Source of the DNA: Felis catus
Taxonomy: Eukaryota
Direction of reading: 5' to 3'
Length of the DNA stretch: 64,000 bases
Assembly: GCF_018350175.1 (NCBI RefSeq)
Contig: NC_058368.1
Location: forward strand, 172,670,001 to 172,734,000
Shown: in pieces, positions 30,267 to 41,259 of the stretch
Numbering within the stretch: position 1 is the first letter of the stretch
Layout of the letters: every line of letters begins with the position of its first letter
Notes under the pieces: model-generated
The model's input: the letters and a program-made list of their open reading frames with translations, nothing else
Told to the model about the DNA's origin: nothing
The model's database searches: none
Translations under genes and position numbers: made by a program

Positions 30267-33200
30267 ATGGAGCCTCTGGAGACTCCCATCAAGGACGGCA
30301 TCCTCTACCAGCAGCACGTCAAGTTTGGAAAGGTGAGGACCCTGGCTGGCAGGCAGCTGCCCAGGACAGTAGGCTTCTGCCCCAGCCTCAGCCTACCAGG
30401 ACCTAGGAGAATGGGGAAGGGAGTCAGGGTGGGGGACCCAAGCAAGGTGTTGGGGAGTAGAACAGAACCCCGTTCTCAGCTTGAGTGGGTTGGGCTGAGT
30501 GGGCCTTTTTGAGACTCTGCCTTGCTTACGGATGGGGAAGCCAAGTGTGGGGAGGATCTAAGACTCCAAACCTTGGGGCAGAGCAGAGCTGCAAGGGTAG
30601 CTAACCCAACAGCCTTCCTCCCTGTGTAGTAGAGGCACCTAGGCCCCTTGAGAGAAGGCGGGGGGCTGAGCTGGAGGAGCCCCCCCTGCAGAAGAGGGCT
30701 CAGCTCCTCTCAGCTCTGTTAAGGGACATAGGGGAGTTTACCTTTCTCACCAGGCGGTAGGCCCTACACCCTCACAGCTCAGCTGCAGCTGCTGCCTGGT
30801 CAGATAAACAGTCTGTTTCCTTTGCTTTACGCTATTTGCATGTTTCCTTCCTTGCCATCATGAGACTGAGGCCTTCCTCCTGCCCCAGGCCTTGTCCCTC
30901 TGGCCCAAGTGATCTTTTCTTTGGGTGTTAGGGGGTACCAACATAATGGTAGTGTCAGGTGATCTGCTTAGCTGCTAGATACTTTGGAGACATGATCCAG
31001 TAGAAGCCTCAACCTTGTGTTCTCATAACTTTTTGAGATATGAGGGCACTAGTGCCTGGGAGCGGGGGGGGGTCACAGGCAATTTGTGGAGTGGATTTGA
31101 ACCCACAAATGACTGGCCCCAAGCACAGACTTCCCCCTGCTGGGCTGGCCCTGGCAAGGCCTCCTCCTCTGGGGCAAGCAGAGGCCAGCCTGGGTGGTCA
31201 GGAGCATTTGCCAAGCAGCTTGTGCAGAGCTGAGCTATGGGGAGAACTGCTACCCAAGGGTCTTATCCCTCATCCTCATCTCCCACAGAAGTCCTGGCGA
31301 AAAGTATGGGGTCTGCTGTATGCAGGAGGCCCATCAGGTGTGGCACGGCTGGAAAGCTGGGAGGTCCGGGATGGTGGCCTGGGGCCAGCAGGTGACAGGT
31401 CTGCGGGACCTGGCCGGCGTGGGGAACGGCGGGTCATCCGCCTGGCTGACTGCGTGTCTGTGCTGCCTGCTGATGGTGAGAACTGCCCCAGAGACACTGG
31501 TGCCTTCCTGCTCACCACCACAGAGCGCAGTCATCTACTGGCCGCACAGCATCGCCAGGAGTGGATGGGCCCCATCTGTCAGCTGGCCTTCCAGGTGAGC
31601 ATAAGGCTGGTGGGCAGAGCATCCAGGGGCCAGAGGTGGACCACCTGACTCCCCCACCTTGTTCATCTCCATGCTCATTCACATCCTATCACTCAGCAAG
31701 TACCTGCCAAGCACCCATAAGCCTAGGGAAATAGCCCAGAAGCCCACAGAATGAATCTCCAGTGGCCATACATGCTATGGAGAACATGAAAGCCCGAGTA
31801 GGACCAGGGGTGAATGGCAGGACATTAGATGGGAAGGCCTCTCAGGAAGGGACAGTGAGACTGAGTCCTCAAAGACAAATAAGGACCCACCAGGCAAAGA
31901 TCTGAGGAAAGAGTGATGCAGACACTAAGGTCTGAGAAGCGTCCTGAACAGAGGGAGCAGAGTGGGCAAAGGCCCTGAGGCAGGGAAAAGTTTGGTGTGT
32001 TAAAAGGGCAGAAAGGCCAGAGTGGCTGGAGGGTAAGGAATGGGTAGGAACCCAGGAGGGAGCAAAACTGGAGAATATGGTGGGACCAGCTGAAACTACT
32101 TTAGGACACATGGAGAGTTTGGAATTTTATTCTGAGTGAGAGAAGCCTTTGGCGGGGGTGGGGGGTCTTTGGGGAGCCAGGGACTGAGAGCTTTAAAGCT
32201 TCACAGGGTCTGTGATAGACCAAAAGGAAATGAGGCTGGAGGTTCCTCAAAAAGTTAAACATAGAGTTGCCATATGACCCAGCAATTCCACTAGTAGGTG
32301 TATACCCAAGAGAATTGAAACAGGTGTTCAAATAGCACTTGTATGAGAACATTCAGAGCAGCATTATTCACAATAGCTCAAAGGTGCAGACCACCCCAAT
32401 GTCCATTACCAATGAATGGATAAACCAAATGTAGTCCATCCATACATGTTACATGGCCATATAAAAAAGAATGAGGTACTGATATATGCTAATACCATAA
32501 ATGAACCTGGNNNNNNNNNNNNNNNNNNNNNNNNNNNNNNNNNNNNNNNNNNNNNNNNNNNNNNNNNNNNNNNNNNNNNNNNNNNNNNNNNNNNNNNNNN
32601 NNNNNNNNNNNNNNNNNNNNNNNNNNNNNNNNNNNNNNNNNNNNNNNNNNNNNNNNNNNNNNCTGCTTATGGGTACAGGGTTTCCATTTGGAACAATGAA
32701 CAAATTCTGGAATTAGATAAAGGTGATCCTTGCACAATCTTGTGACTATACCAAAACCACTGAATTATACACTTTAAAATGGTGAAATGGTAACTTTTAT
32801 GTTGTGTATTTCAACACAATATTTTAAATTAAAAACAAACAAATGAAGAAAATGAACAGGAGCAAGAAAACCAGTGAGGAAGCTGTTGCATGTGACCCTG
32901 GCCATACTACTATGGGCCAAGGTGGTTGTGGAGGAGGTGCTGATAGAGCTCCGAGGAATTGAGGGGATGAGGAGTTGGAAGGGGGAGTTGGCGAAAGAGG
33001 GCTTGGGGAGGATCTAGTAGCCAGTTCACTCATGTGTCCCATCCCTGAAGCTCCTGCCCCTTTGTCACTCCAAGCTGTTAGGGACACATACAGGCAGGCC
33101 CAGTCCCTGGCCAAGTGCAGGTGCAATGGGGACATCCTCTTGTTTGTCACTACTTTACAGCTCTCGGCACCCTCAAGGGGGAAGCTGGGGGTTGCAGGTG

Positions 33201-34579
33201 GGAAAATAGAGGGGTGCCCAAGGTCATGCAGTGGGTCAGGGGCAAAGCTGGAAGTGGCACTCAAGTCCCTAGGTGCTCCTGCTTGTCCTGGAGTCCTGGC
33301 TTACTGGCCCAGGGAAAGGATGTGGGAAGAGGAGTGGGGGTGAGGGCTCTAACTTCTGGCCTTTTTTCATTCCTTAGGGCACAGGAGAGTATCCCTCAGG
33401 ATCAGGGGAGGTGGAGGCTCCCAAGAGGGGCCTGGTCCCCATGGAGGAGAATTCCATCTACTCCTCCTGGCAGGAAGGTGAGTCAGGGAGGTGCAGGTGC
33501 AGACTCAGCCACCCTATACTTAGGGCTGGGGCCTTTGGAGGACCCATATGGGCTGTACCTGATGCCTCACCACCATCCTGCCTGCAGAGGGCGAGTTTCC
33601 AGTAGTGGTACAGAGGACGGAGGCTGCCACCCGCTGCCAGCTGAAGGGGCCCTACCTCCTGGTGCTAGGCCAAGACGCCATCCAGCTAAGGGAGCCCTCC
33701 AGCCCCCAGGCCCTCTACACCTGGCCCTACCGCTTCCTGCGCAAGTTCGGCTCTGACAAGGTGAGGTGCTGGGCAGCTACCCCACCCCACTGGCCCTGCT
33801 GGGAAGGGTGGCAAGTGGAGGGGTGCCCCGGGTCCCTCCACCTCTAATCCGCCCAAACCACCCCCCACCCCCATGTCCAGGGCGTGTTCTCCTTTGAAGC
33901 CGGCCGCCGCTGTGACTCTGGCGAGGGCCTCTTCGCCTTCAGCAGCCCCCAAGCCCTCGACCTGTGCAGGGCTGTGGCTGCTGCCATTGACCGCCAGCGG
34001 GAGCGGCTGCCAGAGCTGGCTGGGCCCCGGCCCTGTCCCCTGCCTCGGGCCACCTCCCTGCCTTCACTGGACCCACCAGGAGAGCTACGGGAGGTGCCCC
34101 CGGGGCCCGAGCCACCCAGCACCCGGAGGGCATGCCTGGTTGAGCCCGGGCCCCAGAGCCTACCCCTACTGCTGAGCCCGGCACCCCATGATGAGTCGGC
34201 ACCTGGGCTCTATGCCTCAGTGTGCAAGCGAGCCAGCGTGCCCCCAGGCAAGGCCGAGCACCTCTATGAGAACCTGTGCATGCTGGAGGCAGGTCCCGTG
34301 CTGCCCAGGGATAGGGACCCAGAGCAGGAGGGTCCCAGCCGCCGCAGCCCCCTGGCCAGCCCCATCTACCATAACAGCGAGGACTTGGGTTGGCCTAGCC
34401 CTACCCACGACAGCAGCCTGGAGGCCCAGTACCGGAGGCTGCTGGAACTGGAGCTGGATGACAGTGATGAGGTGGGGGGCTCTGGCCGCCCCAGTGCTCA
34501 CTCAGGCTTCAAGGCCAAGCTAGTGACGCTGCTGAGCCGTGAGCGGAGGAAGGGCCCAGCCCCCTGCGACCGGCCCTGA
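30267..34579 (+). CDS. DOK3: Docking protein 3 (PH + IRS-type PTB adaptor), 5 coding exons, 447 aa
   Basis: join(30267-30332,31289-31594,33378-33477,33588-33760,33881-34579). Starts MEPLETPIKDGILYQQHVKFGK in strong Kozak context (GCCATGG). PTB segment [24 protein letters not shown]. Tail tyrosine motifs YASV, YENL, YHNS. Ends KLVTLLSRERRKGPAPCDRP-TGA. Confidence 0.96.
31670..32220 (-). mobile_element. L2 LINE fragment
   Basis: CACTCAGCAAGTACCTGCCAAGCACC..GCAGAGTGGGCAAAGGCCCTGAGGCAGG..GGAATTTTATTCTGAGTG, antisense L2 motifs. Confidence 0.6.
32225..32830 (+). mobile_element. L1M (L1MB/MC-like) 3' fragment containing an N gap
   Basis: GAGTTGCCATATGACCCAGCAATTCCACT..GCAGCATTATTCACAATAGC..AATGAATGGATAAAC and ACTGAATTATACACTTTAAAATGGT are canonical L1 ORF2-end/3' UTR motifs. 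Confidence 0.85.
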
Positions 34580-34773
34580 AAGCCTTGTATGGATCTCTGC
34601 AACAGGAGAGAAAGGCGCTCTGCTCTCCCTGGGCCGGGAAGGTGGGCAAACAATGGACATCTGGGACACACACCTGCATCCACTCTAGCCTGTGGATATA
34701 AGGCAGGCAGCTTGGGGAGGACCCCTCATGTGCCCTGTGGGCCCCCCAATGTATAGTGTACAGATTTGCTAGT

Positions 34774-34779
34774 AATAAA
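34774..34779 (+). terminator. DOK3 poly(A) signal AATAAA
   Basis: AATAAA ~195 nt after the DOK3 stop codon. Confidence 0.8.
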
Positions 34780-36573
34780 ACCTCCCAGCTCTGCTCTTGG
34801 TCCCACTTATAGCCCACACTGTGCACCTCCAATCTTCAGCTCCTGGCAATGGCACTCACTGATCCACATGGACACACAGCCCCTCACTCACGTGTACTGC
34901 ACCTAACACCAGTGCCCTGTACTAGGTTCTGGGGGACACACATAAGCCAGACTTAAACTTTGCGACCCGTGGGCTCAAGTCCACTAGAGCAGATGTATGG
35001 GGTGCAGATAATTATGGCCCGTATAGTCCTGGGCAATAAAAATGGCTGGGACAGCAGGACAGGAGGAGAAATTGGGCTTGCTGATGAGTGAGGTGCCCTC
35101 TGAATTAAGTGTGAAGGGTAGGCAGGGCATTACCAGATGGGCAGCTAGCCCCAGGGCTTTCCAGGCTGAGTGTAGGTATGCACTGGCCCTGAGATGAAGG
35201 GAAAAGCATGGTCACAGAGGGCTCCAAGAGGCTGATAGGGAGTTGGTGGCCGAGCATGAGAGGCCTGACCATCCTTCAATGAGCTTGGTCTCATCTTCAG
35301 CAGAGAGACACAGCCAGATAAAGAAAGGAGCAGCATGGAAAACAAATTTGAGGGAGTCTAACTGGAGGCCAGGAAGCCTGAGCTGGGGAGGAAATAAGGG
35401 GGGGGGAGCGGGGGGGGGGGGGTCAAAGGGACTTCAAAGATCTGCACAACCAAAATGCCTGCTCCACTGAGACTTAAAAATGTGCAGACACTTCTAGGAA
35501 AACTTGGGCCTCAGTCTCCTCAACTGTCAAGGACAAAATTTAAATTACCTACCGGGCATGCATTCATTCCTTAGAGTTTTACTTACGTGCCTGTTCTATG
35601 CCAGGCACTGGGGACACAGCCATGTTCAAGACAATGAGGTCCTGTTCTCAAGAAGCCCACGTTCCAGAAGGAGATAAGCAAACCTCTTGAAGACTATAGT
35701 GCCCTCATGCTACTCTGGTCACTAACCCTGGGGCTTCCATGCACAAAAGCATCATGCCCCCCAAGAACCTGCCCCCCCCAGCCCCTTGACCTCAACTGCG
35801 CCTCAACTGCCCATGCCCTTGGCACATCCTGAACCTCTTCTTCATGACATTGATGCTCCCTCAGCACAGTCTTGTTTCCAAGCATCCACCTCTGGCCACC
35901 TCCTTTTCTCCTTCCAGCCCTCTTCCTCAAGCATGGCCCATAAAGCTCCTCTTCAGCCTCATTGACTTACAAGACCCTTTCCTCACCATCTGTGCAGTCA
36001 CTGTCCGCATCCTTGTCCAACTTAGATTCTGTGCTCCACCAATGAAGTGACCCCCTTGTGCTCCTCTCTCCTTCCATCTTATTTGTCTGGCAAAGCGCCC
36101 AGCTTCAGATGAACCCAATTCCCCTCTGTGCCTGCACCCTGGCAGCTGCCCATGGCCACGGAAATTACATAACCAGGCTGACCACATTCTCTCATGTTGT
36201 GATCTCGAAGCTCAGATAGACTCTCAGGAGAGATGCTTTCCTCCTCCCAAGACCTTCCTACCTTCTCCTCTCCATCCCTACCCATTCTCATCTCAAAGAT
36301 ATCCTGGAGAAATAGCAGCTGACAGAAGTGAACGCCTTTGTCCTTCCACCACTTCATCAACAAGGGCCCCAGCAGCTGCACCATGTCCCTCCACCCCTGC
36401 AATGGAAGAAATGTCTGTTCCCCAGCCCGCACTCCAACCCCAGCTCCTTACTGCACAGCTCAGCACACTGAGCTGTCCCCTCTCCTCAGCCCAATGAATT
36501 CTACCACCATCACCATCATTTCCAGCCACATGTAAACATGCTCTATAATTTAACATCTTTGAAGGAAACCCTT

Positions 36574-36683
36574 GGGGGCACCTAGGGGGCTCAGGCGGTT
36601 GAGCAATTGATTCTTGATTTCAGCTCAGGTCATGATCTCACGGTTCGTGAGGGTCTGTGCTGACAGTGCAGAGCCTGCTTGGG

Positions 36684-36741
<58 letters not shown>

Positions 36742-36850
36742 CCTCCCTCCCTCTCTCTCTCTCCCTCTCTCTCTGTTCCTCCCCTGCTTGTGCACGCTTG
36801 CTCTCTTTCTCTCTCAAAATAAATAAACTTTAAAAAATAAATAAAAATAA
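36574..36850 (+). mobile_element. Can-SINE with expanded (CT)n and an internal deletion
   Basis: GGGGGCACCTAGGGGGCTCAGGCGGTTGAG head, long (CT)n, A-tail. TSD AAGGAAACCCTT / AAGGAAACCTTT. Confidence 0.9.
36686..36772. repeat. (CT)n microsatellite within a SINE
   Basis: Long CT dinucleotide run, directly visible. Confidence 0.9.
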
Positions 36851-36873
36851 AGGAAACCTTTGACCTCACATTC

Positions 36874-37084
36874 TTTTTTTTTTTAATGTTTGCATTTACT
36901 TATCTTTGAGAGAGCGCATGCACAAGCAGGGGAGGGGCAGAGACAGAGGGAGACAGAATCTGAAGCAGGCTCCAGGCTCTGAGCTGTCAGCACAGAGCCT
37001 GACACAGGCGCGAACCCAAAAACTGTGAGATTATGACTTGAGCCAAAATCATGTGCTCAACCGACTGAGCCACCCAGGCACCCC
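36874..37084 (-). mobile_element. Can-SINE, tail-to-tail with the previous copy
   Basis: Poly-T tail, head ..GAGCCACCCAGGCACCCC. TSD TTGACCTCACATTC / TTGACCTTGCATTC. Confidence 0.9.
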
Positions 37085-37418
37085 TTGACCTTGCATTCTG
37101 CTTCAGACCCCTCCCCATTCCCTTTTCCTCTTCACAGCGAAACTCCTCAAAAGAGTTGTTGATTACTTTCATTTCCACTTTCTCCTATTCTCCCTTTTGC
37201 CAATTCAAGTCTCCCCGTGGTCCCCCCTGCTCCATTACATCACTCTTATCAGGGTCACCAACTTCCTTGCTCCCCAAAACAAAAGCAACCTGGCTTCCCT
37301 GACTCCTCAGCAGCATTTGACACTCCACTTGGTTTTCTTCCATCCTCACAAATCTCTCCTTCCCAGCCTCTTCTGGCTCCTGCTCTGCCAGACTTCTGCC
37401 TGGGGCTCTGGCCTCAGA

Positions 37419-37842
37419 CACGGTGTAGCTCAACTCTGGCTGCACACAGAATAACCTGGAGCCTTTTTATTTTTTATTTTTTTCAATATTTAATTACTTA
37501 TTTTTGAGAAACAGTGGTAGGAGAGAGCGTGCATGAGCAGAGGAGGGTCAGAGTGAAAGGGAAAGAGAGAATCCCAAGTAGGCTCCACATTGTCAGCACA
37601 GAGCCTGATGCAGGGCTCATGAAATCATGAACCATGAGATCATGACCTGAGCTGAAATCAAGGGTCAGATGCTTAACCAACTGAGCCACACAAGCGCCCA
37701 CCTGGAGCCTTTTTAAAAATGCCCATGCCTGGGTCTGCACCCAGGGCTTGAGATTCCATCAGTCTGGGTGGGGCCTGGGCACCAGTGTGCTTTTTCAATT
37801 TCCCGCGTGATTTCAGTGTGAGTCCAAGGTGGAAAACCACTG
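37419..37842. mobile_element. MER5A-like hAT-Charlie MITE split by a SINE
   Basis: ..CTCAACTCTGGCTGCACACAGAATAACCTGGAGC | TTTTAAAAATGCCCATGCCTGGG..GGTGGGGCCTGGGCACCAG..GGAAAACCACTG matches the recalled MER5A layout. Confidence 0.75.
37464..37699 (-). mobile_element. Can-SINE inserted into MER5A
   Basis: TSD ACCTGGAGCCTTTT at 37454-37467 and 37700-37713. Confidence 0.9.
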
Positions 37843-38689
37843 CCCTAAGTGAGCCAAACCTGTCTCCCAGTTTCAAAGACCATCTAAATGCTCATGATTA
37901 CAAAAGATATATCTTCAGCACAGACCAGTCCCCCTGAGCAACAGATTTAAGAATCCAATTGCACGCTAGACTTCTGGATGTCTGAAAAGTATCTCCAAAC
38001 GCAATGTGTGAAAAGAGGTTGTGGGCAGGGGGGTTGTTTGCAGTGCTGGCCACAGACAGAAAAGTCTGGAAGGATGTTGAAATCATGGGGAGATAGATTT
38101 CCTTCCCACTTATGGAAGCTCCTCCTAAGACTTTACCCATGACAGGGAAAGTCTTCCCATGATCGCTCAGGTTGCCGGCCATAGGGCAAGCTAAGGCCAG
38201 GGGGATCCCCAGTCACTCTGGCTACAGCAGAGACCCCTTCACCCCATGGTGACAAGCCAGCCCTTGGCAGCTCAGCAAATCCCAGGACACACTGGAGGTT
38301 ACTCAAAGTATTAGGGTGATGGCCAGAACTGGAACCCAGAACTCTGGATCTCTGTTCTGGCATGCTTTTCATTACAAATCCAAGCCTGTTTGCTTTATGG
38401 CAAAAAAGTTTTTGTGAGGTCCCAAATGGTCTATGAAAGAGAATGTCTTTGCAGATCTCCAAGATTCTAGGGCCTCACCCCGGAACTGCAGGTGTCCCAG
38501 ACACTAGGGGGCACTGTGTCCTAGCCTGAGGCCTGTTCCTTCCCTTGGGCTGCCTATGCAGGGAACACTGGTGGCATCATCCAGGTCTGAGCCTTGCACA
38601 ATCTAAGGAATAGGACCCTGGAGTCCTCTGCTAGAGGGCTGCCAGGACCCCCAGGCTGCCACTTGTTCCTTTACTCATTTGCAGTTTCA

Positions 38690-40430
38690 CTTTCTCAATC
38701 CTTCTTTCATCTGTTCATTCACATCTACTGTGTACAGACACTGGGGCAATGGTGGACAGGACAGACAAGTCCCTGCTCTAATGGGACTGACATTCTAATG
38801 GGGACAAAGGGCAATGAAGAAACAAGCACCTAATATAATGTGAGATGGTGGTAAGTACTATGGGGAAAAATAAAGCAGGGTAAGGGACTAAGTGCCTGAT
38901 GCGAGTGAGGCATTAGGAGGCTATTGTTTTAGATAGGGTGATCAGGGAAGGCCCTTTGGAGGTGGCAGCAGCTGAGCAGAGACCTGAACAAAGTGAGAGA
39001 GCTGGTCGTTTAGATATCAGGGGAAACTGTTCCAAGCAGAAGGAGCTACAAGTGCAAAATCCCTGAGGCAGGAATATGCTTGATGTGTTGGAGGAACAGT
39101 AAGGAGGCCAGCATGCTTGGAGCAGAGTGAGCAAGGAGGAGAGTGGTGAGAGGCAGATTGAGCTTCTTAATGCGATGTACATATTAAGAGCCTTAGTGTT
39201 ATTTCAAGCGCAACAAGAACCTAATGGAATGCTAAAAGCTGAGGATGATGTGATGTGATTTCTGCTTAAAATATCACCTTGGCTGCTGCACAGAGACTCT
39301 GGAGTAGGTAAGGATGGAAGCAGGAAGATCTGTTAGACTGTTAAGATGTCCAGGCACAAGATGAGTGGCTAGGACAACACTGGCAGCAGTGACCAGATAT
39401 GGAACATATTCTGAAGGTGGAATTTGCAGAGTCTGTGGTATAACAGAAAGGAAGGATAATGCCATATTTTTACTGGATCAGGTGGATGAACTGTGATGCC
39501 ATTTACTAAGGTGAGGAAAAAGGCAGAAAATCACAAGTTCAAATTGGGATATGATGAGTTGAGGTATCTAGTAAACCTCCAAACAGAGATTGAGCATGGC
39601 GTTGGATATTAGAGCCTGGAGTTCTTGGGGTGATGTCAGGGCTGGACATATAACTTGGGAGTCCTTGGCATATAGGTGTTATTGATAGTCACAGGACAAG
39701 ATGGGGTCCCCGAGAATGAATGTAGCCAGAAAACATATTATGGCCATGTTGGGAGGCAGATAAGCCACCAAAGGAAGTGGAGAAGGAACAGCCAGTGGGG
39801 CAGGAGGAGGCACAAAGCCAGGGGAAAGAGGGAAGGCACCTGGACCAGTGCTGCTCCCTGGCAGGGTAAGAGGAAGGCTGAGAAATCACCATTGACATGA
39901 TGACGTGGAGGTCACTGGAGACCCTGAGAAGAGGGAATCAGTTTAGAGGACTGGCGGAAACAATGGCCTGACTGAAGTGAGTTCAAGAAAGAGCAGGAGG
40001 TGGCTCAGTCAGCTAAGCGTCTGACTCTTGGTTTCAGCTCAGGTCACGGTCTTGCAGTTTGTAAGTTTGAGCCCCACATCAGGTTCTGCGCTGACAGATT
40101 GGAGTCAGCTTAGGATTCTCTGTTTCCCTCTATCTGCCCCTCCCCCACTTGCTCTCTATCTCTCTCTTTCTCAAAGTAAATAAATAAACATTTAAAAAAG
40201 AAAGAGCAGAAGGAAAGCAGGAACAGGAGAAAAGCAAGTGCAGACAAGGCTATAGATAACTCCTGTGAGAAATTCTATTCCCAAGGGGAATAGAACAAAA
40301 GAGCAATAGTTGGAGGGGAGATGGGGTCAAAAGAGGATTTCTTTACAGATAACTCTTACAGTAGTTTGTTCAGTGAGGGGAATGATGCAGAAGAGGGAAA
40401 TGTGATGATGGCAGAGGGGGAGAACAGCAG
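38690..40430 (-). mobile_element. L2 LINE fragment (interrupted by a SINE)
   Basis: Antisense L2 motifs: CAAGTGCAAAATCCCTGAGGCAGGAAT..TGTGTTGGAGGAACAGTAAGGAGGCCAG; AATATCACCTTGGCTGCTG. Further L2 relics at ~35830-38200, 57650-58740 and 59750-62000. Confidence 0.6.
39998..40198 (+). mobile_element. Can-SINE, slightly 5'-truncated
   Basis: GGTGGCTCAGTCAGCTAAGCGTCTGACTC head. TSD AAGAAAGAGCAG on both sides. Confidence 0.88.
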
Positions 40431-40824
40431 CAGCCATGCCCTAGAATGAGCTAAGGGGTGGACGCCTATTCACTTACCCACACACTCTGGCTCTCAATTT
40501 CCCCTGCCACCTGCGCTGGCTGCCTGGGATGACCCATGGGGACAAAGTGGGGACTCTGCCACCCCCGCTAGAGTCACCCTGTTACACCCCCACCACAGGC
40601 GCTGACCGCTCTGGAGTGGGGTACCAGGCAACAGCCCATTTCATCAGTGTGGGGTTGTCCCAGGGCAGAGGGCTGTTGACTGCCTGGGGTCAGGGAATGG
40701 AAAGGCCCACAGGTCAGGCTGAGAGCCAAGCCAGGGGCTCCCTTCAACTCTGTCCGCTCCTGCCATTATCTTCAGCCTTCTGTAGAGGGTTCTAGAAACC
40801 TAGCTTCAAGATCCCCTGTCCCCT

Positions 40825-41050
40825 GGGGCGCCTGGGTGGCGCAGTCGGTTAAGCGTCCGACTTCAGCCAGGTCACCATCTCGCGGTCCGTGAGTTCGAGC
40901 CCCGCGTCAGGCTCTGGGCTGATGGCTCGAAGCCTGGAGCCTGTTTCCCATTCTGTGTCTCCCTCTCTCTCTGCCCCTCCCCCGTTCATGCTCTGTCTCC
41001 CTCTGTCCCAAAAATAAATAAAAAACGTTAAAAAGAAAAAAAAAAAAAAA
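40825..41050 (+). mobile_element. Young felid SINE (SINEC_Fc type) with perfect 16-bp TSD
   Basis: GGGGCGCCTGGGTGGCGCAGTCGGTTAAGCGTCCGACTTCAGCCAGG head. Intact A box (40837-40848) and B box (40893-40901). Long A tail. TSD AAGATCCCCTGTCCCC at 40808-40823 and 41051-41066. Confidence 0.97.
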
Positions 41051-41259
41051 AAGATCCCCTGTCCCCATATCATCTGAACCCACCTCCATGTGCTCCACAC
41101 CCGCAAGTCCTTCCGGTTTAGAAATTCTGGAACCGCTGATGGCTTGCACCTTCCGCGGAACAACGCCTATCCTCACGATGGACCTGCAAGGCGAGTATTA
41201 TTGTCCCATTTTTCTGAGTAGGAAACTGAGATTCAGGATGTCTAGGTCTGTTTGGTACC

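Noticed and set aside
29469-30317. 282-aa minus-strand ORF over the DOK3 promoter
   Set aside because: Non-ATG start, low-complexity GC-rich composition, no recognisable domain or splice/poly(A) support. Expected by chance at this GC content.
32225-32830. Active LINE-1 or L1-derived gene
   Set aside because: Only a short, decayed 3' fragment with no intact ORF2.
40825-40910. tRNA-like A/B boxes as a tRNA gene (also in the other SINE heads)
   Set aside because: These are tRNA-derived Can-SINE heads followed by a CT-rich region, an A-tail and TSDs. No complete cloverleaf.
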